Source: Hypanus sabinus (lineage: Eukaryota). From it: DNA of 64,000 bases. The position numbers were made by a program, and so were the translations under genes. Shown here piece after piece: positions 37,088 through 48,380 of the stretch. The notes below the pieces were generated by a model that searched no databases, was not told the origin of the DNA, and saw only the letters and a program-made list of their open reading frames with translations. Where the stretch lies: contig NC_082712.1 in the NCBI RefSeq assembly GCF_030144855.1, forward strand, positions 13,330,001-13,394,000, read 5' to 3'. Each line of letters starts with the position of its first letter. Positions within the stretch are counted from its first letter, which is position 1.

Positions 37088-40000
37088 ACAACCATATAAC
37101 CATATAACAATTACAGCATGGAAACAGGCCATCTCAGCCTGTCTAGTCCTTGCTGAATGTTACTCTCACCTTGTCCCACTGACCTGCACTCAGCCCATAA
37201 CCCTCCATTCCTTTCCTGTTCATTTACCTGTCCCATTGTACTTTAAATGACAATATTGAACCTGCCTCTACCTCTTCTACTGGAAGCTCACACAGCTACC
37301 CACTCAATGAATAAAGAAGTTCCTCCTCGTGTTACCCCTAAACGTTTGCCCACTAACTCTCAGCTCATGTGTTTTTGTTTGAATCTCCCCTACTCTCAAT
37401 GGAAAAAGCCTATCCACGTCAACTCTATCTATCCCTCTCGTAATTTTAAATACCTCTGTCAAGACCCCCCTCAATCTTCTACGCTCCAAAGAATAAAGAC
37501 CTAACTTGTTCAACCTTTCTCCATATCTTAGGTGCTGAAACCCAGGCAACATTCTAGTAAATCTTCTTTGTACTTTCTCTATTTTGTTGACATCTTTCCT
37601 ATAATTTGGTGACCAGAACTGTACATAGTACTCCAAATTTGGCCTTACCAATGCCTTGTACAATTTTAACATTACATCCCAACTCCTATACTCAATGCTC
37701 TGATTTATAAAGGCCAGCATATCAAAAGCTTTCTTCACCACCCTATCCACATGAGATTCCACCTTCAGGGAACTATGCACCATTATTCCTGGATCACTCT
37801 ATTCTACTGCATTCTTCAATGCCCTACCATTTACCATGTATGTCCTATTTTGACCTGTCCTACAAAAATGTAGAACCTCACACTTATCAGCATTAAACAC
37901 CATCTGCCATCTTTCAGCCCTCTCTTCTAATTAGCCTAAATCTATCTGCAAGCTTTGAAAACCTACTTCATTATCCACAACACCACCTATCTTAGTATCA
38001 TCTGCATACTTACTAATCCAATTTACCACCCCATCATCCAGATCATTAATGTAGATGACAAACAACATTGGACCCTGTACAGATCCCTGAGACACACCAC
38101 TAGTCCCCGGCCTCCAACGTGACAAACAGTTATCCACCACTACTCTCTGGCATCTCCCATCCAGCCACTGTTGAATCCATTTTACTACTTCAATATTAAT
38201 ACCTACTGATTGAACCTTCCTAACTAACTTTCCATGTGGAATCTTGTCAAAGGCCTTACTGAAGTCCATGTAGACAACATCCACTGCTTTACCCTCGTCA
38301 ACTTTCTTAGTAACCTCTTCAAAAAATTCAATAAGATTTGTCAAACATGACCTTCCACGCACAAATCCATGTTGACTGTTCCTAATCAGACCCTGTCTAT
38401 CCAGAAAATTATATATACCATCTCTAAAAATATTTTCCGTTAATTTACCCACCACTGACATCAAACTTACAGGCCTATAATTGCTAGGTTTACTCTTAGA
38501 ATCCTTTTGAAACAATGGAACAACATGAGCAATACACCATTCCTCCAGCGCCAAACCCATTTCTAAAGACATTTGAAATATTCCTGTCAGAGCCACTGCT
38601 ATTTCTACACGAACCTCCCTGAAGGTCCTAGGGAAACATCCTGTCAGGATCTGGAGATTTATCCAATTTTATATTCCTTAAAAACACCAGTACTTCCTCC
38701 TCTTTAATCATCATTGTTTCCATAACTCCCCTACTTGTTTCCCTTACCTTACACAATTCAATATCCTTCTCCTTAGTGAATACCGATGAAAAGAAATTGT
38801 TCAATTTCGCACACTAGCTGTCCACTGATTCTCTAAGGGACCAATTTTATCCCTCACTATCCTTTTGCTATTAATATAAGTGTAGAAACTCTTTGGATTT
38901 ATTTTCACCTTATTGTCAAAGCAACCTCGTACCTTCTTTTAGCTTTTCTAATTTGTTTCTTCAGATTCTTTTTACATTCTTTATATTCCTCAAGCACCTC
39001 ATTTACTCCATGCTGCCTATATTTATTGTAGATATCTCTCTTTTTCCAAACAAAGTTTTCAATATCCCTTGAAAACCATGGCTCTCTCAAACTTTTAACC
39101 TAACAAGAACATAAAGATTCTGTACCCTCAGAATTTCACCTTAAATAACCTCCATTTCTCTATTACATCCTTCCCATAAAAAATTGTCCCGACCCACTCT
39201 TTCTAAATCCTTTTGCATCTCCTCAAAGTTAGCCTTTCTCTAATCAAAAATCTCAACCCTGGGTCCAGTCCTAACCTTCTCCATAATTATATTGAAACTA
39301 ATGGCATTGTGATCACTGGACCTGAAGTGCTTCCCAACACGTACCTCCGTCACCTGACCTATCTCATTCCCGAACAGGAGATCCAACACTGCCCCTTCTC
39401 TAGTTGGTACTGCTAGGACTAAACTGTCCTGCACACATTTTACAAACTCCAAACCATCCAGCCCTTTTACAGAATGGGCTTCCCAGTCTATGTGTGGAAA
39501 ATCAAAAGCTCCCACAATCACAACCTCATGCTTACTATAAATATCTGCTATCTCCATACAAATTTGCTCCTCCAATTCTTGCTCCCCATTAGGTGGTCTA
39601 TAATACACCCCTATGAGTGTTACTACACCTTTCCATTCCTCAATTCCACCCAAATAGTCTCCCGAGACAAGCCCTCTAATCCATCCTGCCAGAGCACTGC
39701 TGTAATATTTTCTCTGACATGCAATGCAACACCTCCCCCTCTTGTCCCTCCGATTCTATCACACCTGAAGCATGAAATCCAGGAATATTTAGTTGCCAAT
39801 CACACTCCTACTGCAACCATGTTTCACTAATATGTACAACATCATATTTCCAGGTATCAATCCATGCTCTAAGCTCATCCAACTTTCTTACAATGCTCCT
39901 AGCATTAAAATAAATACATTTAAGAAATTGTCCACCTCCTCCTCTCTGTTTATCTCTTAAAGTACAAAGAACTTTACTGTCTCCTTTTTCTTGCTCTCCC

Positions 40001-41440
40001 ATACATCTGTTCCTACACTCTGGTTCCCCTCCCGCCTCATATCTAGTTTTAATCCACTGGAGCCTCTCTCACAAACCTACCTGCAAGAATATTTGTTACC
40101 CTCCAGTTCAGATGTAAACCATCCTGCTGGAACAGGTTCCACCTTCTCTGGAAGACTTCCCAATATCTATAAATCTGAAGCCCTCCCTCTTGCACCATGT
40201 CTTCAGCCGCATGTTGATCTGCGCTATCTTACTATTTCTAAACCCGCCTGCACGTGGCACTGGTAGGAATCCTGAGATTGCTATCCTGGAGGTCCTGTCC
40301 TTTAACTTGGTGCCTAACCCCCTTGTCACGTAGCCCGTGATGGGTTAAAGAACCAGCAGAAATAGGAAACACCGTGGTCTGGTACTGCTACAAACCAAAG
40401 CTATTTATTAGTAACTACACAATACAGAGATATAAATGCAGATATATCAAACGGGTTAACAATGATTATATATTTTATATTATATTTATATTATATTATA
40501 TTATATTATATTTTTATCACAGCTTTTCTGCACTGCGAGAGTCACTGATCAATTTCCCCGAATCGATCCTCCAAAAACCCACCTTGCTGTGGGCACAACA
40601 AGCTCATCCAGTGTCCAAAACTGTGTGTGTCCGAGTCCAGCAGCTGACCTGGTATTTAATTCAGCAGGCCGAACACCAGCTGTCCATCAAACTGCTCTGC
40701 CCTTCTCTCTCTGTCAGAACGTACAAGCAGCCACTGTCCTTGTGGAAATGAAAACAAACTGCCGAGAAACCATAACATCAATCTTCCGAGCACTCTTCAC
40801 TTCTCTCTCTCTTAATAAAAAGGTCTCTGCATTGGACACCTCCCTCTATCTCTTTCTTTTTAAGAGCATAGTTCATAGGGTCAATTCAGGACCCAGTCAC
40901 ACCCTAAAGTCACCTTTCAGGACGTCCTCACTCTTCCTATCCACATCATTGGTCCCTACATGGACCACAACATCCAGCTGCTCACCCTCCCTCTTGAGAA
41001 TACTGAGAACTCGTTCCTAGATATCGCGGACCTTGGCACTCGGGAGGCAACAGACCATCCAGGATTCTCAATCTCTCCCACAGAACCTCTTATCTGTCCC
41101 CCTAATTATCAAATCCCCTATCACTGCAGCTCTCCTCTTTTCTCTCCTTGCCTTCTGAGCTGAGGGTCCAGTCTCGGTGCCAGAGATGCAACCACTGCAA
41201 CTTGTCCCTGGTCGGTCATCCCCACCATTTGTATCCAAAATGGTACACTTATTATTGAGGAGAACAGGCACAGGGGTGCTCTGCTCATTCTGTCTAACCT
41301 TCCCTCTCCTGACAGTCACCCAGCTACCTGTCTCCTGACTCTTAGGGGTGACGATCTCCCTGTAACTCCTGTTTACTTCTGCCTCTGCCTCCCAAATGAT
41401 CCGAAGTTCATTCAGCTCCAGCTCCAGTTCCCTAATCTTT
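37088..41440 (-). mobile_element. Near full-length decayed CR1 (ORF1 plus ORF2), interrupted at about 40324-40777
   Basis: ORF1 (AVIGDLIIRG, RIAISGFLPVP), EN (YFNARSIVRK, GVYYRPP), RT 37931-38596 (NYRPVSL, QHGF..GRSCLTNL, YMDFSKAFD, QGSVQGP, SKYADD); (ACCATATA)n tail at about 37090. Confidence 0.9.
40324..40777. mobile_element. LTR-like insertion in CR1 ORF1, containing an AT-rich simple repeat
   Basis: TG...CA ends and CR1 ORF1 sequence resumes on both sides; no TSD seen. Confidence 0.4.
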
Positions 41441-42182
41441 CTACTGATTTGATGCCATTCTTTACCAGTAGAGTCACACCACCCCCTCTGCCTACCTTCA
41501 TATCCCTCTGACACAACATGTAACTTTGGACATTCAGCTTCCAACTACAATCATCATTCAGTCATGATTCAGTGATAGACACAACATCAAACCTGACAAT
41601 CTGTAATTGTGCAACAAGATCATCCACCTCATTTCTTATTCTCAGTACATTGTGATATAACACTTTGAGTACTGTATTTGCTTTTCAGACAGGTGGGGCT
41701 CATCAGCCTTGGACGGCAGCCTGCCGAGGACAAGGAAAACTCTGATTTTAGGCCTTCATTACTTGTGGCCGTACCCATCTATGGGAAAGGCTTCGGGAGT
41801 AAACCCTGAGGAAGAAATCCGTAGCCGGGGTCCTTAAAGCAGTTTGATGTTGTTTACAACTTCACTCTGGCAACCCCAGCGATGACACTGGTGCCAACCT
41901 GTATCGGTGTTTGCCCTTCCCTTGGACTCCATCAGTGACGTGGAGATGGGGAACCCGCTGCATTGGCAACAGCTGATTCTTCAAATCTTCCCACCCAGGC
42001 TTACACCCTGGAGAAGACACAGTCCACCAGAGGCACAGACCCATGATCCCCTGGGATTGACGGCTGCCTACTGTATTTGCTACCCTTTTTGATTCTGCAC
42101 CCCTAATGCACTGACACTCACCCTGATGGCTGCCTGCCCTTCCTGACAATCTGACTGCATGCAATCTTTGCTTTTTTACCAT

Positions 42183-42378
42183 TGTGGTAAACTATGTGTA
42201 TACCTGTCTGGACACGCCCCTCTGCTGACTGCTCCTGTGGCTCCTCCCACAGACCCTTGTATAAAGGATATTGGAGGCACTGCTCCTCCCTCAGTCTCCG
42301 AGATGTCGTGGTCATGTTTTCAGCTAATAAAAGCCTATCTTTTGCCTCCCGTCTCCGAGAGTTATTGATGTTGCATCA
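42183..42378 (+). mobile_element. Solo LTR (196 bp)
   Basis: TGTGGT...GCATCA ends, TATAAA and AATAAA, 5-bp TSD ACCAT on both sides. Confidence 0.85.
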
Positions 42379-42419
42379 ACCATCCATCCTATCCTGAGTC
42401 CCTGAACTCCAGTTCCTAT

Positions 42420-43290
42420 CCCCCTGCCAAATTAGTTTAAACTCTCCCCTACAACTCTAACAAACATGCCCGTGAGAATATTGATTTCCCTTGAGTTCAG
42501 GTGAAACCCGTCACTTTTGAACAGTGTCATACCTCCCCCAGAAGAGATCCCAATAATCCAAAACCAAAGCCCTGCCCCCTGCCCCAGCTTCTCAGCCACA
42601 CATTGATCTACCAAATCATCCTGTTTCTACCATCACTGCCGCGTGGCACAGGCAGCAATCCAGAGATTACTACCCTGGAGGTCCTGCTTCTCAGCTTTCT
42701 ACCGAGCTGTCTAAATTCTCTCTTTGCTTTTCTTTCCGATGTCATTGGTACCAATATGTATCAAAATGTCTGGCTGCTCTCCCTCCCTCTACATAAAGCT
42801 GAGGACGTGATCCGTGATGCCCCTGACTCTGGCACCTGGGAGGCAACATAGCATCTGGGTGTCCTGTTCACATCCACAGAATCTTCTGTTTGTTCCTCTG
42901 AATATCGGAAGCAGTTTTGGGCCCCTTATCTTAGAAAGGATGTGCTGAAACTGGAGAGGGTTCAAAGGAGGCTCACGAAAATGATTCCAGGATTGAATGG
43001 CTTGTCACATTCAGAGTGGTTGATGTCTCTGGGCCTGTATTCACCAGAATTCATTAGAATGAGGAGTGACCTCATTGAAACCTATCGAATGGTGAAAGGC
43101 CTCGATAGAGTAGATGTGGAGAGGATGTTTCCTATGGTGGGGAGTCTAAGACCAGAGGACACAGCCTCAGAATAGAGGGGCATCCTTTTAGAACAGAGAT
43201 GAGGAGGAAATTCTTTAGCCAGAGAGTGGTGAATCTCTAGAGTTTGTTGCCGTAGGCAGCTATGGAGGCCTAGTCATTATGTATATTTAA
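42420..43290. mobile_element. CR1 ORF1 fragment (minus) joined to CR1 3' fragment (plus)
   Basis: Reverse ORF1 (GDRFCIIG/DGLHLN-type sequence) then LERVQRRLTKMIPG...DRVDVERMFP. Confidence 0.75.
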
Positions 43291-43496
43291 GAGGGGTGTC
43301 GTTCCCCCTCTCCAAGCATCTGATGAACCCAAAGGAATGGCAGAGACTGGTACAGTTTGGCACCAGTTGCATCGAGGAGTTGCCAGTCAGTGTTGAACTT
43401 AATGTAGATCTGCCTGATGGACTCCAGCTCCAGAATTTCATCTTGGGGGTTTACTCCCGAAGCCTTCCTCATGAGTGAGTACAGTCACAAAGGGTG

Positions 43497-43710
43497 TGAT
43501 GCACCATCAATAACTCACACTGAGACGAAAGGCGAGATATCGGCTTTTATTGACTGGAAGAAGGAACCAGGAGTGAGTGTCCATCATACCATGTCCTGGA
43601 GACTGAGGCCGAGCGAAAGGCCTCAGATCGCCTTTATACAGGGGCCTGTGGGAGGAGCCACAGGAGCAGTCAGCGGGGGGCGTGTCCAGACAGGCACATA
43701 GTTCACCACA
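43497..43710 (-). mobile_element. Solo LTR (214 bp), same family as 42183-42378, opposite orientation
   Basis: Reverse complement TGTGGT...GCATCA; 5-bp TSD GGGTG on both sides. Confidence 0.85.
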
Positions 43711-43979
43711 GGGTGGAGATTTGAGATCAGAGTTTTCCCTCTCCTAGATGAGCTGCCAACCACGGCTGACAAGCCCCATCTGCCCAAAGCAACTGGTTTT
43801 AAAGTGTCAGTAACCCACATATGCCCCTTCACCTGTCATTAGAAACGGTTCCTCTGGGTTTAGTAGCTGAGCCACACGTGATGGCCAGGAGCTGGACTTC
43901 GTTGTCAGAGGCCATTTGAGGCACACGCCATTGGGAGCATTTAATAGGTAGTGGGAGCTTGTCCGTATTACCACTCTCA

Positions 43980-44510
43980 GCTATAACAACAGTAACCCTT
44001 TACAACGGGTAGTCAAAACTGCCCAACGCATTGCTGGCAGCAGCCTACCCAGCATCAAACTCATATATACACAGAAATGTGCCAATAAAGACCAGGTAAC
44101 ACCATGAATGATCTCACACCCACCCACCCCTCGCTCATGGACTGTTTGTCCCACTCCCATCAGCACCACACTGGGACCACCAGACTCTAAAACAGTTACT
44201 TTCCCCAAGCAGCAAGTCTGATCAACCCCTCCCCTCTCCACACCCCCACCACCACCTCTTCATTATTTCCTGACATCTCCTTATGTACACACACTCCTAT
44301 GCCTCGTGTCACTTTATGGACACACAACCGATCTGTGTATAGAAACTATCTTATGCGTTTATACTTATTTTGTGTATTTTTTGTATTATTGTGTTCTTTA
44401 TCTCAGTGTTTTTTCGTGTTGCTTCGAACCCAGTGTGACAGTTATTTCATTCTCCTTTACACTTGTCTACTGGAAATGATATGAAACAATTTGAATGTTG
44501 AATGTTGAAT
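43980..44510 (+). mobile_element. Rex1 3' end and UTR
   Basis: LQRVVKTAQRI-like coding sequence and an (AATGTTG)n tail. Confidence 0.65.
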
Positions 44511-45339
44511 CCGGGGTTCCTGCGGTGCATTTTGTTTCCAGCATCTGCAGTCTCCTGTGCCCCCATGATGATGGTCACACTGCCTTCGGTGAAACCCCGG
44601 ACACTAACTCCGCCTGTGTCCAGTTATCTGCAGGACCTCTTCCTCCTGGTCAGTTCTCCCCCTCCAGTCCCTTGCTTTATGGTTTCTTTCCCATTGACCT
44701 CACCCACTAATTTCAATTGCCAGATCCATGTATCTTATCCATGTTCACTCTAGGAATTGGACTGTAAGGTCAGAAGATATAGGAGCAGAATTAGGCCATT
44801 CGGTCCATTGAGTCTGTTCCCCCATTCCATTATGTCTGATTTAGTTTCCCCCTCAACCCCATGTTCCTGCCCTCTCTCTGTAACCTTTGATACACTTCCT
44901 AATGAAGAAACTATCAGACTCCGTTTCAAATATACGCAGTGACTTGGCTTCCCACAGTCGTCTGTGGCAATGAATTTCACAGAATCACGACTGTCTGGCT
45001 GAAGAATGTCTGATACCAGAGGGTGTGTGATTCAGCTGGGAGGGGGTAAGTTCAAAGGGGGTGTGGGGACAAATTTATCTTTACAGAGAGAGTGGTGGGT
45101 GTGCAGAACACACTGCCGGGGTTGGGGGGGGGGAGACAGATTCCGTAGAGGCGTTTAAGAGACTCTTGGACTGATGCATGAATTGTGGTTTGGGATATAG
45201 ACTTTGTGTAGCAGAAGCAGTTAGTTTAGTTAAGCATTCAATTACGAGTTTAAGTAGTTTGTGGACCGAAATGTCTTTTCCCGTGCTATCCTGTTCTATG
45301 ACTTTCTATCCAGCCCCCTGCAGAATTCTCTGGAAATTC

Positions 45340-45412
45340 TACAGTTCCGTGCAAAAGTCTTAGACACCTATATATAGCTGGGGTGCCAAAGACTTCTGTA
45401 TTTGTCAACGTG
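45340..45412. mobile_element. Short palindromic Tc1-like MITE
   Basis: gtgcaaaagtcttagacacc-tatatata-ggtgccaaagactt, an imperfect palindrome. Confidence 0.5.
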
Positions 45413-46039
45413 GAGCGGAGAGAGAGTTTGTAAATCTGGTGGAAGCAAAAGCTGTTGGGAATGGTGAGGATGAAGTGTGGGACGGGGGCAGAGAAGGAGT
45501 GCTGGGGCAAGGGATGGTGTGGGTGCAGACACCCCCAGACCTGAGACGCCAAGATCATCTGATTCCAAACAACTGTTTTACCGATCACTACACGATGTCT
45601 CTCTGGTGTTTCCCGCTCCCTTCCCCTTTTCCCAGCCATGATTGCCCCCTCCCTGTCCCCTTTCCCACTCTCAGTCCACAATCGAGTCCCCTATCAGCAT
45701 CAGGTTTATCATCACTCACAAATGCCACAGAACAGAGAACATTGAAGAGTACAGTGAAGGAACAGGCCATTCGGCCCATAATGTTCACTGAACCAACTAA
45801 AAAGTAAATCAACCCCCCCACCACCATCTCTCCACCTTCCTCACACCCATGCGCCTATCCAAACGTCTCTTAAAAGCCTCCAATGTATTTGCCTTCACCA
45901 CCCTACCAGGGGGGACATTCCAGGCATCCATCACACTCGGAGTAAAAAACTTACCCCTTACGGCCCCCTTGAGCCTACCCCCCTTTCACCTTCAATGCCC
46001 TCTGGTATTGGACATTTCAACCCTCATCTTAACCCTAAT

Positions 46040-46215
46040 GTCGGCAGATCAAGCAGCATCTAGTGACAAGAGCCCAGAGTCAAAGTTTCGAGCCGAGACC
46101 CTTCTTCAGGATGGAAATGAAAGGGTCTCAGCCTGAAACATCGACTGTTCACTCCCCTCCTGCCCGACCTGCTGAGTGCCTCCAGCATTTTGTGTGTGTT
46201 GCTCTGGACTTGCAG
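46040..46215. repeat. Head-to-head Penelope terminal-repeat pair with decayed hammerhead cores
   Basis: Minus copy 46077-46112 (CTGAAGA-AGGGTCTCGGCTC-GAAAC) abuts plus copy 46118-46147 (AGGGTCTCAGCCT-GAAAC-ATCGACTG). Confidence 0.7.
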
Positions 46216-46235
46216 AATCTGGTGTTTGCAAATTA

Positions 46236-46310
46236 CTGCAGGACTGTGCAAAAGTCTTTGGCACCAAGCTATATATATGTAAGTGCCTAAGACTTTCCCA
46301 CAGCATCGTA
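46236..46310. mobile_element. Short palindromic Tc1-like MITE, second copy
   Basis: ctgtgcaaaagtctttggcac...gtgcctaagactttcccacag. Confidence 0.5.
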
Positions 46311-46384
46311 CTTGCATAAAATTTGCTTCCAGTAAATGCGAAGAGTTTGTAACTACCGTCATGAGAAAGTGCACTGTGTTTGAA

Positions 46385-46445
46385 ATGACTTCCTGCCAGC
46401 TACTAACTTCGACAGTGGCTGAGAATTTTTTTTTGAGGAAGTGAA
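46385..46445 (+). promoter_or_regulatory. Candidate ETS/PU.1 sites upstream of putative leader exon
   Basis: ACTTCCTG at 46388-95 and GAGGAAGTG at 46435-43, 90-140 bp before the ATG, in non-repeat CpG-retaining sequence. Confidence 0.3.
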
Positions 46446-46531
46446 GCAGCAAATCGAGCAGCTTCTGTATTTCAGCGAGAGAATGAAGAAAGAACTGAAG
46501 TGTGAGAGGACTCCACACTGAAGCGCTGGAA

Positions 46532-46592
46532 ATGCTCTCTCTCCGGGTTTGTCTCTGCACGGTCCTGTTGTCCGTCTCAGTCCGGGGATACA
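46532..46592 (+). CDS. Candidate signal-peptide exon of the Siglec-15-like gene
   Basis: ggaaATG start; MLSLRVCLCTVLLSVSVRGY with a hydrophobic core and V-R-G cleavage motif; phase-1 donor A|GTAGGT compatible with the phase-1 V exon at 58656. Confidence 0.5.
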
Positions 46593-46851
46593 GTAGGTGT
46601 TTTCCATTGTCCCCTATCTCCCCGTTGTCTCTCTCCTAAAGGCTCGTTTTACTTTGTGGCGCAGCGCGATCTATTTGGACGTTGGTTCTGCCAGTGGAGG
46701 GTTGGCGTTGGGACCCTGTCCTTCCCTGAGTGCTGGGGTGGACTGCCTTCCGGTGACGATGAACCCCAGTACTATTGGGAAGAGACGTCCAAGTTTGATC
46801 CCAGTTAAAGGCCGGGCACAATTCCAAGCCTGGGTGGTGATGAATTTGGAG

Positions 46852-48380
46852 CGAAGCTGTAGTGTGGTGGTTAGCGTGATGCTTTACATTCCCTGTGACC
46901 CAGGTTCAATTCTCGCCGCTGTCTGTACGTTCTTCAGTTCTCAATGCTATTTGCTTATTTTTATTGTTTTCACGATCTTTCCCCTTTGCACATTGGCTGT
47001 TCGACGGCCTTCAGAATCAGAATCAAGCTTAATATCACCGACATATGTTGTGAAACTTGTTGACTTTGTGGCGGCAGTACGATGCAATACCTAATAACAG
47101 AGAAAAACTGAATCACAGTAAGTGTATATATGTGTATAAAGTAGTTAAATAATAGCACCAAAACAGAAATAAAAAAGTAATGAGGTAGTATTCAGGGTTC
47201 ATTGTTCATTCAGAAATCGGATGGCAGAGGGAAGAAGCTGTTCCGGAATCGCTGAGTGTGTGTCTTCAGGCTCCTGTACCTCCTGCCTGGAGGGAGCAAT
47301 AGGGCATGTCCTGGGTGATGGGGGTCCTTAATGATGGATGCTGCCTTTCTGAGGCACCACTCCTCGAAGATGTGTTGGAAACTACGGAGGCTCGAGCCCA
47401 CGATGGCGCCGAGTAATTTTACAACTCTCTGCAGATTCCTTCCATCTTATGCTGTAGCCCCCCACCCCCCATCCCCCATTCCAGGCGGTGATGCAGCCAG
47501 TCAGAATGCTCCCCACCGTACGTCTGTAGAGATGGGCGAGTCTTTTACGTGACATACCAAATCTCCTCAAACTCCTGGTGAAATATAACCGCTGTCGTAC
47601 CTTCTTTGTAATCACATCAACATGTTGGGACCAGGTTCAGTCCTCCGATGTTTTGAAACACCCAGGAATTTGAAACTGCTCACTCTCTCCACTTCTGATC
47701 CCTTGATGAGGATTGGTTTGTGTTCCCTCGTCTTACCCTTCTGAAGTCCACGGTCAGCTCTTTGGTCTTACTGACGTTGAGTGCAAGGTTGTTGCTGCGA
47801 CACCACTCCACTAATCGGCATATCTCACTCCTGTACGCCCTCTCATCACTACCCGAGATTCTACCAACAATGGTGGTATTGTCAGCAAATTTATAGATGG
47901 TGTTTGAGCCAGACAGTCATGGGTGTAGAGAGACTTGAGCAGTGGCTAAGCACACAGCCTTGAGGTGCACCAGTGTTGATTGTCAGTGAGATGGAGATGT
48001 TATTAGCAATCTGCACAGATTGTGACATTCCGGTTAGGAATTCGAGGATCCAGTTGAAGAGGGAAGTACTGAGGCCCAGTTTCTGTAACTAATCAATCAG
48101 GACTGTAGTAATGATGGGTTCTTTTGGGTTTCTTTGTTCTGTGGCTGCCTGTAAGGAGAGAAATCACAAGGTTGTATAATCCATATATACATTGAACTCT
48201 GAACTCTGAACTCACTGTGACCTCATGGGTTTCCTCCAGGTGCTCTGGTTTTCTCCCACAATCTACTGGTTGGTGGGTTAACTGGTCATTGTGAATTGTC
48301 CCGTGATTAGGCTCGGGTTGTTAGGCATCACGGCTCAAAAGGCCGGAGGGGGCCTATTCTGTATTGTGTCTCAGTAAATG
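46852..48380 (+). mobile_element. tRNA-derived V-SINE (HE1-like) split by Rex1 insertions
   Basis: Head with A/B boxes (gtggtggttagcgtg, ggttcaattc) at about 46860-46915; V-domain gggtttcctccaggtgctctggttttctccca resumes at about 48225. Confidence 0.6.
47010..48130 (-). mobile_element. Rex1 RT 3' part
   Basis: TKKVRQRLYF.RSLRRFGM, ILTGCITAW, LRKAASIIKDPHHPGHALL; (TTCTGA)n tail. Confidence 0.82.

Noticed and set aside
43290-43980. Coding exon or integrase around the second solo LTR
   Set aside because: The short ORFs give no motif I can assign; probably a decayed non-LTR fragment.
46852-46935. tRNA gene
   Set aside because: It has A/B boxes but no complete cloverleaf, and it continues into a V-SINE body at about 48205, so it is a SINE head.
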